Source: Pecten maximus (lineage: Eukaryota). Taken from it: DNA of 64,000 nt. Shown one piece after another: positions 48,332 to 60,169 of this stretch. The stretch's first letter is position 1, and the number at the start of each line of letters is the position of its first letter. Under the pieces are notes generated by a model. That model worked only from the letters and a program-made list of their open reading frames with translations. It was not told the DNA's origin and did not search any database. The position numbers and the translations under genes were made by a program. The stretch lies in contig NC_047022.1 of assembly GCF_902652985.1 (NCBI RefSeq), forward strand, positions 29,450,001-29,514,000, in the 5' to 3' direction.

Positions 48332-51197
48332 GGCTGTGGTCTGTGTAGTTACGTCGGGTATACAGGAGGGTGTGGTCTGTGTAGTTACGTCGGGTATACA
48401 GGAGGGTGTGGTCTGTGTAGTTACGTCGGGTATACAGGAGGGTGTGGTTTGTGTAGTTACGTCGGGTATACAGGAGGGTGTGATATGTGTAGTTACGTCG
48501 GGTATACAGGAGGGTGTGATATGTGTAGTTACGTCGGGTATACAGGAGGGTGTGGTCTGTGTAGTTACGTCGGGTATACAGGAGGGTGTGGTTTGTGTAG
48601 TTACGTCGGGAATACAGGAGGGTGTGATATGTGTATGGAGGGTACACAAGAGGATGGAGTCCGCGTAGTTATGGAGGGTACACAGGAGGATGGAGTCCGT
48701 GTAGTTATGGAGGGAACACAGGAGGGTGTGGTCTGTGTAGTTATGGAGGGTACACAGGAGGGTGTAGTCTGTGTAGTTATGGAGGGTACACAGGAGGGTG
48801 TGGTCCGTGTAATTTTGGAGGGTACATAGGAGGGTGTGGTCTGTGTAGTTATTGAGGTTACACAGGAGGATGGAGTCCGTGTAGTTATTAAGGGTACACA
48901 GGAGGGTATGGAGGGTACACAAGAGGTTGTGGTCTGTGTAGTTATGGAGGGTACACAGGAGAGTGTGGTCTGTGTAGTTATGGAGGGTACACAGGAGGGT
49001 GTGGTCTGTGTAGTTGTGGAGGGTACACTGGATGGTGTAGTCTGTGTAGTTATGGAGGGTACACAGGAGGGTATGGTCCTTGTAGTTATGGGGGTACACA
49101 GGAGGGTGTGGTCTGTGCACTTATGGAGGGTACACAGGAGGGTGTGGTCATGGTAGTTATGGAGGGTACATAGGAGGGTGTGGTCTGTGTAGTTATGGAG
49201 GGTACACAGGAGAGTGTGGTCTGTGTAGTTATGGAGGGTACACAGGAGGGTGTGGTCTGTGTAGTTGTGGAGGGTACACTGGATGGTGTAGTCTGTGTAG
49301 TTATGGAGGGTACACAGGAGGGTATGGTCCTTGTAGTTATGGAGGGTACACAGGAGGGTGTGGTCTGTGTAGTTATGGAGGGTACACAGGAGGGTGTGGT
49401 CTGTGTAGTTATGGAGGGTACACAGGAGGGTGTGGTCTGTGTAGTTATGGAGGGTACACAGGAGGGTGTGGTCTGTGCACTTATGGAGGGTACACAGGAG
49501 GGTGTGGTCATGGTAGTTATGGAGGGTACATAGGAGGGTGTGGTCTGTGTAGTTATGGAGGGTACACAGGAGGGTGTGGTCTGTGTAGTTATGGAGGGTA
49601 CACAGGAGGGTGTGGTCTGTGTAGTTATTGAGGGTTCACAGGAGGGTGTGGTCTGTGTAGTTATGGAGGGTTCACAGGAGGGTGTGGTCTGTGTAGTTAT
49701 GGAGGGTACACAGGAGGGTGTGGTCTGTGTAGTTGTGGAGGGTACACTGGATGGTGTGGTCTGTGTAGTTGTGGAGGGTACACTGGATGGTGTGGTCTGT
49801 GTAGTTGTGGAGGGTACACTGGATGGTGTAGTCTGTGTAGTTATGGAGGGTACACAGGAGGGTGTAGTCTGTGTAGTTATGGAGGGTACACAGGAGGGTG
49901 TGGTCTGTGTAGTTATGGAGGGTACACAGGAGGGTGTGGTCTGTGTAGTTATGGAGGGTACACAGGAGGGTATGGTCCTTGTAGTTATGGGGGTACACAG
50001 GAGGGTATGGTCTGTGTAGTTATGGAAGGTACGCAGGAGGATTTGGTGTTTGTAGTTATGGAGGGTACACAGGAGGGTGTGGTCTGTGTAGTTATTGAGG
50101 GTACACAGGAGGGTGTGGTCATGGTAGTTATGGAGGGTACATAGGAGGGTGTGGTCTGTGTAGTTATTGAGGGTTTCACAGATGGTGTGGTCTGTGTAGT
50201 TGGAGGGTTCACAGGAGGGTGTGGTCCTGTGCAACTTATGGAGGTACAACCTGAGGGTGTGGGTCTGTGTAGTTATGAGGTTACTCAGGAGTATGGAGTC
50301 CTTGTAGTTATGAGGGACACAGGTGGTGTGTCTTTGTAGTTATGGAGGGTACACAGAGGTATGGAGGGTACATAGAGGTTGTGGTCTGTGTAGTTATGGA
50401 GGGTACACAGGAGGGTTTGGTCTGTGTAGTTATGGAGGGTACACAGGAGGTGTGGTCTGTGAGTTATGGAGTGGTACACAGAGATAGTTGTCATGGTATT
50501 AGGGAGGGTACATAGGATGGTGTAGGTCTGTGTATTATGAGGGTACACAGGGGTGTGGTCCGTGTGTTATGGAGGTACACAGGAGGGTATTTGAGGGTAC
50601 ATAGGAGGGTGGGGGCGTGGTAGTTATGGAGGTACACATGGAGGGTTGGTCTGTTTAGTTAGGAGGTACCCAGGAGAGGTGGTTCTGTGTAGTTATGGAG
50701 GGTACACAGGAGGGTATGGTCTGTATAGTTATAGAGGGTACACAGGAGGGTGTGGTCTGTGTAGTTATGGAGGGTACACAGGAGGGTGTGGTCTGTGTAG
50801 TTATGGAGGGTACACAGGAGGGTGTGGTCTGTGTAGTATAGAGGGTACACAGGAGGGTGTGGTCTGTGTAGTTATGGAGGGTACACAGGAGGGTGTGGTC
50901 TGTGTAGTATAGAGGGTACACAGGAGGGTGTGGTCTGTGTAGTTATGGAGGGTACACAGGAGGGTGTGGTCTGTGTAGTTATGGAGGGTACACAGGAGGG
51001 TGTGGTCCGTGTAATTTTGGAGGGTACACAGGAGGGTGTAGTCTGTGTAGTTATGGAGGGTACACAGGAGGGTGTGGTCCGTGTAATTTTGGAGGGTACA
51101 CAGGAGGGTGTGGTCTGTGTAGTTATGGAGGGTACACAGGAGGGTGTGGTCCGTGTAATTTTGGAGGGTACACAGGAGGGTGTGGTCTGTGTAGTTA
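48332..51197 (+). repeat. 33-bp G-rich minisatellite, roughly 85 copies
   Basis: Unit GGAGGGTACACAGGAGGGTGTGGTCTGTGTAGTTAT; left block variant GTTACGTCGGGTATACAGG; indel-rich block at about 50150-50700. Confidence 0.97.
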
Positions 51198-53563
51198 CAA
51201 ATCACCGACCTTAATTGGTTTACCTATTTCAGAGTTTGTTGTTATGGTAATACAAAGATATACAGATTCGGAGAATTTAGTAGAGAATCGGGAAAGGAAA
51301 CACAAAATCCTCTGACATGCGAAATTACGACCAAATAAGGCGAATGACATGTCGCAGTTGTCAAACTCTTATTAAAGTTTGACCTATATATGATGATGTG
51401 TGTTGATACTGGCGTTGTGTATCGTGTATAGTAATTGTATAAGTCCATGTGTCGGGTAATGTCGTCTTATCTGTGTATTTAGTTGCTATTGTGGCGTAAG
51501 AATGATGAGTGCAAGTAGTGGTGCACATGGAAATCTAGCCCAGGTGATCACGAGTTATCCCCTGCGCATGCACGACAATCCCGTTGATAGGAGAGACCGC
51601 TGTTTGCTTTACTGTCACAGCGCCAAGCAACTTACTTATTTGATTGAATATAATATAGAACGAGCTGTTTAATTCAAACCAGCATAGAATACTTTGATTT
51701 TATATCATTTCAACTTTCAAATAGCTTGCACGTAATACATCTGGAGGGCAAAATTAATTGAGACGTACCTGCGGTCAGGATTTAAAACATCATGTCATGA
51801 GATCATTTAGAATAAAAAATAATGTTTGTCTCTTTATGAATATTGTTTGTTACATAATCTGAAATACACCCACATAGTTACACTCCTGTGACGAATATAA
51901 ACCGGTTTACAAAAGAACGTACATTTTGTATAATTTTAGAAACACTTATAGCATGATATGCTGCACCAGTCAGTACGTACAGTGTATATAAAGTTGATCA
52001 ACCATTGAGTTTCTTAACTCTGTACCAATTGTTAACACCAGACATTATACATCAGTATCGAATCTAGATCTATCGACAATTATGAAAATTCAGGTCAACT
52101 TAACATGTCAGGTCCACGTGATCTTAATCAACTGCTGTTATTGCAGTCGTCACCATATCAAGTAGCCACTCTCAAGTGCTCCTGCCATGAATCAGTGGGT
52201 TGTTGATCGTCGGGAAGTCAATATAATTAGCATACAGATATAGAAAAAATGCATACAACGTTACTTTCATACCTGTACGACCTGATATTGTTGGAGTGCA
52301 TTTCCATTCTGGTTAGGTTTATAATGTCCTAGGCGTTTATGTTTCTTCTTAAAACTATCGGTCGCTTTGCTTCCCTTTACTTGATTTGGTCTGTAAACTT
52401 GACCCGTTCACAGTACAGTTACCTTGCGCACGCAGACTCGTTGGCTAACGAATGAACAGTTACAACGCACAGGTGAGGTGCATATCTGGAATAATACAAT
52501 CAACAATCAACCTGATTTAGCTAAATGACTCTATTGATGTCAGATGCATGTATACATCATAAATATATAAACATGGTAACATGTCGCGAGATGTAGTAAT
52601 CATTATATCGCGACTCATTACTCAATTGACAATGTTTTCAATCCTGTATTGGTGTCAGTCTGACACAACAACGTGTGTAACATGTGTGTAACCACATTTG
52701 TCACATAACTGGCTCGTTTTGCAATGTCATACGGCCACATCATAAATACCAAGGACACGTGTGTAATAACACTGTTATGATGCCATAATACATATGTCGC
52801 ATGATTGTCTGTGTCGACAGAAACTTTCAATCGGCATCGAATTTCGCCTATAGGCTCATGGCATATAAAATTAATCAATTCGTTTAAAGAATCATATGAC
52901 ATAGTCACGAATGTAAGCTCTTTATACACATTTATTACATAATGCATTTGAGTTTCATTAACTTTACGCACAAGGTATATTATGAACTATTGCACGGCTA
53001 AAATGACTATTGCACAGTCACTTGCAAACTATGGAACACATTTGAAGTTTCGGAATTTGGTCACGTGCGAACTATTGAACAGCTTTGACGTTTCGAAATT
53101 AGTCTACTCTTTCAAGCGTCATTCAGGTGTCAATTCCAGACGACTTCAAGGCCTACAGGGAAGTCAGGATTTCAGTGATTCTAAATGTGCTTTAGTGGTT
53201 TTATAATAAAACAAGAATATCATGGTTGTCTGTGCAATAGTCCAGAATATTTGACCCATGGTACTGGTAATCGACTGCTGTTATATTGTACTCGACCTTC
53301 AATTTTGACGGGATTATATAACGTTCTCTGTGGTGCCATTCTGTAGTCTTATATGAAGAACAATACACAACAAAACATTCTAAAGATAATGTACTTTTTT
53401 CAATTGATTAAAATCAGCATACTACAAGTATACATTCATTTAAAGTTAACCAGCAGATGTACGCGAGGGAGCCGATACACTATATGTCTCCTGCATAATT
53501 GTGCGACCTAACATTGGCTCCTTCAGAACTAGGATTACATGTACAGTAAAACTCACTTGTGTC

Positions 53564-54708
53564 GAACACGGTTGAATCGAATACATCGGATGAGTCGAAC
53601 GTTTCGTTCGGTCCCGATTTTTTCCCTTCTTTATCTTAGTAAATTAAGCACGGATGACTCGAACACTGTTGAATCGAATACTGCGGTTGTGTCGAATATA
53701 TTTTGTGGTCCCTCCCTTCTAAACTATACCAAAATTTCCATTTTTGTGTCGAACATCGAGGCGTCATGCTGTCTCAGGTAAAATTTGCTGGCCTCGTCTG
53801 ATTGACCGAGTGTGACCGATCACCCGTAACGGTGTAAACAGATCGCCTATTATTAGTTTCCGGCTGTCGGTTACGCATCATCCAATTGTTTATACAGGTG
53901 CTCAGGTGAAGTAAAACGTTCAGGTATACTTAACTAAGAATAAAATTTGCACGTTTTAGTCTACAAACCGATGTGTTCTGTTTACTGTTTTGATGCACAA
54001 GGCCGCCGAAAAAAATAAGGAAAAGGTAAACGATAAATTACATATCTTCCATCGAAAAATGCAAAGAAAAATACCTGTCTGTCATTGATTTATCTATATA
54101 TGCCTAAATTCTGAATACGACGATGCATTAGTAACAATGATATGCGGAATGTTTTTACTCTGTTCAAAAGATTGTGGCAATGCATGATTATGCAGCCGAT
54201 AAAACACTGACCGCGGCCTTCACCTTTGATACAAAATCAGCACTCGTACGGTCGATCAATTTTCCCGGACTGTTTATTGTTTAATATTGTTAAATTGGAG
54301 AACAATATAAACGGATTTAAAGATAGATAATATGAGTACAATATATACATTTATATTCTTATAATATATGTAACGTTTTCATAGAATATTATGCTGTCAT
54401 TTGCGACTCCCGTGTGTAAATCGTGTGTCTATGTCAAAGACTATTTTACGCATGAACTTTTTTATCTGTAACTGTGCACAATATTGTTTATTAGATAAAG
54501 GAATAATTGTTATCATGTACAGTTAATTAATTTCTTTGTTATTATGTATTGCTTATTTTCGACTATCTTATCATGCAAGCACTTGTTCTGCATACAACCG
54601 ATGATAGTTGGGTTTTGTCTCCGTATACAAACACGGATAAGTCGAACCATCGGATAAGTCGAATATTTTGCTTGGTCCCGTCGACTTCGACTTATCCGAG
54701 TTTTACTG
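53564..54708. mobile_element. non-autonomous Tc1/mariner-pogo-like element
   Basis: TA-CAGTAAAACTC...GAGTTTTACTG-TA termini with TA TSD and subterminal TCGAA repeats. Confidence 0.85.
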
Positions 54709-54938
54709 TACTTACTTCCCGCCATATTTGTTTTCCTGTTTATTTTGGTAAAAAGCAAGCAGATCGCCACTTAATCTGATTCGGCCCATCTGTGATATTG
54801 AGAACTGTGACATAAATGGGAGTTGAAATCCAATCATATTTGTAACATCCCCCGGATACTTTTATGATGGCTATCGTATTTGTATCCCCTGGATATGTCA
54901 TAGTCTTTCTCGGATGTTTTTATGATGGCTTTGATATA

Positions 54939-56723
54939 AGTATTGGTTAGTATCTGCTATGATTTTGGGGGGGAATTTTCTGCTCCCAGTTTCCTCCCCA
55001 ACTTCATTAGCTAGTGGTTGAAGTCTTTGACCATCATTTGCCACATATCATAAGTTAGCAAAAAATAAACCCAACATAAAATGTGTAATTTTTGTTTGTT
55101 ATTTGTTTGAGTTGTCTTCTATTTGATAATAAAAATTATTCCTAGAATATAATTTAATTTATCATAATGAAGACTGCTTGTTAATTTCTTTATCGGTAAG
55201 TTATTGTTGTTAGGTAGCAATATAGTTTGATTTATCCTGTACGGTTACTTCCCTTGGTTTGGTAGTTTATTTCCATATTTGCAATTAGAGTTACCGCCTT
55301 TGGCAGTTCCTGATATTTGGTAGCCATTGCTAGCGTTTGAGATACAAATGCCCTCCCACCCTCCCAATTTAGATGGAAATCTGGGTCTGCTGTGGTTTTT
55401 TCCATTGTATGTTCGCAGGGTTCACTAAAGCTATAGTCACACCAGATCGTACGATTTCTGAATCGTGCGATTGGGGGCGATTTGGCCGAGTTACGACCGA
55501 TCGGCAATGTTTGTTGCGATGTCTATTCGCGATCGCATACTGCGATTGGTCCTACGACTGGTGGTAGGTCATCGTACGATTGGTGGTGCGCTTGGTCGCG
55601 CAATGACTTACGATTGGAGAAGATTGATCGCAAGATCAATCGTAGGCAATCGAAGGTAATCGTAGGCAATCGTGCGATGAGTGGTGCGATCAGTGACCAA
55701 TCGCACGATCAGTCGTGGCAACCTGCGACTGCTCGCACGATCAGTCGTGGCAACCTGCGACTGCTCGCACGATCAGTCGTGGCAACCTGCGATTGCTCGC
55801 ACGATCAGTCGTGGCAACCTGCGATTGCTCGCACGATCAGTTACTCGTCACCATTAGATTGGCGTAATCGAACCGCCTCTCGATCCAGGGACGCACCCAG
55901 TACCCAGTACTTCTCGCTCGTTGGTTTCGACGCCGTAGTGATGCTGCAGTAACAACATTGCTTGTATATCCGCCATTTTGTTACCTGTACCCAGGAAAGT
56001 GGTTTGCGAGGTAAAGACTGGTGGTGCGACCGATCGTAAGGTCGTGCAAACGCTCGGGACAGGTCGTGACTGATCGTACGACCAATTGTGAGGTCGTACG
56101 ATCGGTGGTACCACCAATCGTAGAGTGGCACGACCAGTAGCACGACCAATTTGCGACTACTTGGCCCGCGATCATGCACGACTGGTCCTGCGTTCATGTG
56201 CGACTGGTGGTACGACCGTTCTGCGACCACTTGCGATTTAGAATCGCAGGTCAGAAGTTTTGAACATGACCATCGACCTTGCTGCGACTGATTTTGCGCG
56301 TGCGATCACCCACGACCACTGCGACTAGTCGTGCGCTCATGCTACGATTTCCCTGCGATTCCGATTTTCTTCGGTCGCAACTAGGTCGTAGGTCCGGTGT
56401 GACTGGGGCTTAAGGAAACGTCAAGACTTCGACCACAGACCATGAGGTAGCTGAGTTTCTCCTGCACAACAGATTGCTGCTACATGTTTTTTGAACTTTG
56501 ACTTAAAATTTGATTTCAAAAGATATCAAATAGTATTGGTTAGTATCTGCTATGATTTTGGGGGGGAATTTTCTGCTCCCAGTTTCCTCCCCAACTTCAT
56601 TAGCTAGTGGTTGAAGTCTTTGACCATCATTTGCCACATATTATAAGTTAGCAAAAAATAAACCCAACATAAAATGTGTAATTTTTGTTTGTTATTTGTT
56701 TGAGTTGTCTTCTATTTGATAAT
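54939..56723 (+). repeat. ~190-bp near-identical direct repeat pair (54939-55130, 56532-56723)
   Basis: AGTATTGGTTAGTATCTGCTATGATTTTGGGGGGG...TCTATTTGATAAT twice, about 1 visible mismatch. Confidence 0.9.
55429..56410 (-). mobile_element. PIF/Harbinger deletion derivative
   Basis: TAA TSD; imperfect TIRs AGC...AGTCACACC.GA.C; CGATC-rich subterminal repeats with a 32-bp tandem at 55702-55840; transposase N-terminus remnant KYWVRPWIERRFDY on minus strand. Confidence 0.8.
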
Positions 56724-58918
56724 TGTTATAAAAAATATGCCATTTGCGCATGACGTTGATAATAAAATGATTAACAAAATTGAGTTGTTTTTTAGCGCTA
56801 AAACCATAGGTAGCGGCAGCGGATTTTTTTTTTATAAATATGTTTATTATAATTATATCTATCTATATTTTAAGAAAATATATATATTCGCATGTGTGTT
56901 TATAGTTGTTTTAATTCATATTTGTTCGGAATGTAAATGGTCTTTTAACACAAACAACAGTAAGGCTAAGCTGTAGTACAGTAGGCTAAAGATGGATTTA
57001 GTACTATCTTTTCGTAGCTCATTTGCAAACCTTATTTTATAATAATTTCAATATCTTAAATCAGTGCATTGACGCAGAAAATAATTTGAGCCGCTCGTCA
57101 ATTTCACACTTCAAATTTTGACTAACACTAGTGCTGCATGTAAGTTCTTTTGTGTTGTCCTATATACAGACTCACCACAGTGTAGATTAGCTATGGTCAG
57201 TGACACTAATTGCCCCCAAGGGGTTAATTGCAAGAGTCAGCCAACCGTGAAACACTCCGTTACTGTCGCCAAATTGGGTCACAGGTGAATTCTCCAATTA
57301 ACAACTTTACCTGAAGTGAAATTATGTTATTTACAACCTAGATATATTTGCTAAGAAACAGTATATTTTAATTTATTTAAGAATGTTGGGATAGAACTGC
57401 AGCCATTCTCTCACAAAAATTCGGCAAAATTTCTTTTTTTTTCAAACGAAACTTATAAACATGAATTTTTATAAAAAAAACAAAAAAAACAGAGACGTAT
57501 CTATACTTATATACATATTGTGATTGTAATAACTATGTTTAAAATATTCTGAGTATAAAAGAAACACAGATATATTAAATAAATTCTTGTAAAAACTGTC
57601 GTCTATCTTCACCGGAAATCGTTTTAATATTGATCCGAAATTGACTTTATATATTTGAATTGGAATGTAACAACACTTTAATCATATCTGCACCGTGTAA
57701 AGTTTGAATTTTTATAGCCATCTAACATTTGATGGTCTTATTCTAATTATTATATTAATTTCACAAGTACATATGTTTTAATGCAAAAGAAGTGTAACTA
57801 GATCTAGCTCAGTAAAGTTTTTTTCTAATCCGATACAAAACGATAAATTATACTGTATCTTTAAACCTACAGTCAAAGATGATTGACATCTAGTTAAAGT
57901 TATTATAAAGACAGTCTTAGGAAATTCTTGGTATATCTCGCAGGTGAAAAATGGAGGTCTATAGGTTAACACCACCCTCCCCCCTCCCCCTTCCACTCCT
58001 CTCCTCACCCCTGCTGATACAGGTGTGACACCCTTTGATTACCTGGACAGTTCAGGTATAGCCTCAGGAAATCTTTCACTACACTGGCCGGTTAGAGATA
58101 CACAGATATGTAAACTTATTAGTGTGAGAAATTAATCTTCATATATGATAGAAATTACTTCCATAACTGTGAATGTATTAGGTGACTTAAAGAGTAGGAT
58201 GGAGTAATTTGTATAGTTGAAATATGTTGAAAGTCGTATTGCCCAGTAAATCTATATAACACACGCTATAATAGCAACAAAAATTAAATAAATATTTCAT
58301 ACAGAAATTGAATCTAAGTAGTCAATCATATATAGTTCATGATCTTACTTATCAAGGTAAAGTAATAATACAAACTGGTAATTGCGCTGGCTTTGTATAA
58401 TTCATATAAAATACCACATAAAACTGCAAATCACCATTCTACTGTGTCATGCACTCACTATTTCTTGCATATTATGTAATATGTATAACCATGGATAATA
58501 TATTAAATCATTTCTTTTTATTCTTATTTTTATTATACAAGTTCATGTGGAATTTGCATAATGAGGATGTTGGAATTTTAAAACGTGTAAAAAGTTATGG
58601 TGTAAATATGTATATCAAAGTAAGATATTCTTAAAAATCTTAAAAAAATGATTTCAATACAGCAACATTTGTGTTGATTATTGAATAATATACAGTTTGT
58701 TCAGGTGTCTTTAATATTTCAATGTATGTCTTAATAATTATGCTTTTTCAACAACATATAAAACTATTGAACTAATATTCACCTCAGACGGAAATCGGGC
58801 TGTGAATCACGAATGATTAAAAAATAAACCCCTAAAATTTTACATACATGATACAGTTGTGCAATGAAGAACATATATTTGAGTCCATTCTCTGAAATTA
58901 ATACCAATTAAGACCCCA

Positions 58919-59560
58919 TTTTAGCCCACCATCTGATTTTTAGCCCACCATCTCATATGTAGGTTGCCCTTGGTCCCTAGTTATGCATATTTCATTTTGG
59001 GACGAGTCAGAAAACAACATGGCCAACAGGCAGCCATCTTGGATTTTGACAATTGAAGTTTGTTATCACTATTCTCAGAAAGAACTGGCGAGATCTTTCT
59101 TAAATTTGATATATCAGCTGCCCTTGGTCCCTAGTTATGCATATATTTCATTTTTCATTTTTGTTATCGCTATTTTACAGAAGGTACACAAGGGATCTTT
59201 CTCAAATTTCATATGTAGGTTCCTCTTGGTCCATCGTATTGCATTTTGGCCGACCAATCTGAAAACAACATGGCCAACAGACATCAATTATCGCTAAATC
59301 TCAAATTTCTCCGGTTTTTCTCCGGGTACTCCGGCTTTCCACCACCTCCAAAACCTGGCACGTCCTTAAATCACCCTAGCTGTTAATAGGACGTTAAACA
59401 AACTAAACCAAACCAATTTGTTTGAAAAGTACTGGAGGTATGTTTCTCAATTTACACAGATAATTAAGAGGAAGAGAAAATAGAGAAAAGATCAATCTGA
59501 CATGGAATCTATAAAGATCATTCAATGGTGGACGCCAAGATCCCTCTGTGATCTCTTCTT
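58919..59560 (-). mobile_element. degraded HINE-type element hosting a SINE
   Basis: TTAGCCCACCATC at one end, ATGGTGGACGCCAAGATCCCTCTGTGATCTCTT at the other; diverged internal core (CCCTTGGTCCCTAGTT, AACAACATGGCCAACAG). Confidence 0.6.
59310..59415 (+). mobile_element. 5'-truncated V-domain SINE
   Basis: GGTTTTTCTCCGGGTACTCCGGCTTTCC (V-domain core) followed by GCTGTTAATAGGACGTTAAA and an (AAACC)n tail. Confidence 0.7.
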
Positions 59561-60169
59561 TCTCTCCGTTTCGGTAATTCTAAGTCCGTTTCGGTAAATA
59601 TCTCAAATCCACCAAACGCCGTTGCCAGCTCCCGGTACTCTTCCTCATAACTCCGTCCCCCATTTTTTCGCAATTTCATGGCATTGACATAGAAAACAGA
59701 TATAAATATTATGGAGGCATCGACCAAGCCATATATATCACATACGATGTTTATACAATATGCGAGACCGTCACAGGCTCGTTTTTTTAGCAGTGAAAAC
59801 ATTAACCAACGATCCTTCGTCTCCACTCGCGTCGTTAATGTGCCATAGATTGAGCAAATAGCGAACCTTTCGCTGAAATCAACACCGCACAACGATAGAT
59901 TAGTTGTTGCTGAAAAGCAAACAATTGATTGAAATTAAATTAGCTATCGATATCTCTCTCCGAGATCGGATCGAAAAAGTTCATGCTCGTATCTCTCACC
60001 ATATTCACGCTTCCCGCTTCCTCCAAGTGCGTCGCCGCGCCAAGTGAGATAAAAAAAAATCCTTGAGTTTTAATTGATTATCATTATTATACTGTTTTTG
60101 GTGAATCAAACAAAAACAAAGTAACATGCACTTCGTCGGTTACATCAGCTGTTGATGTAAAGATGAAAC

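Noticed and set aside
48278-51214. Long Thr/Pro- or Val/Gly-rich ORFs (up to 387 aa), mucin-like
   Set aside because: By-product of a 33-bp (11-codon) repeat open in several frames on both strands; frequent frame-breaking indels; no signal peptide or splice context.
55232-56230. Cluster of overlapping Arg/Asp-rich ORFs
   Set aside because: Arise from GC-rich subterminal repeats of the Harbinger element.
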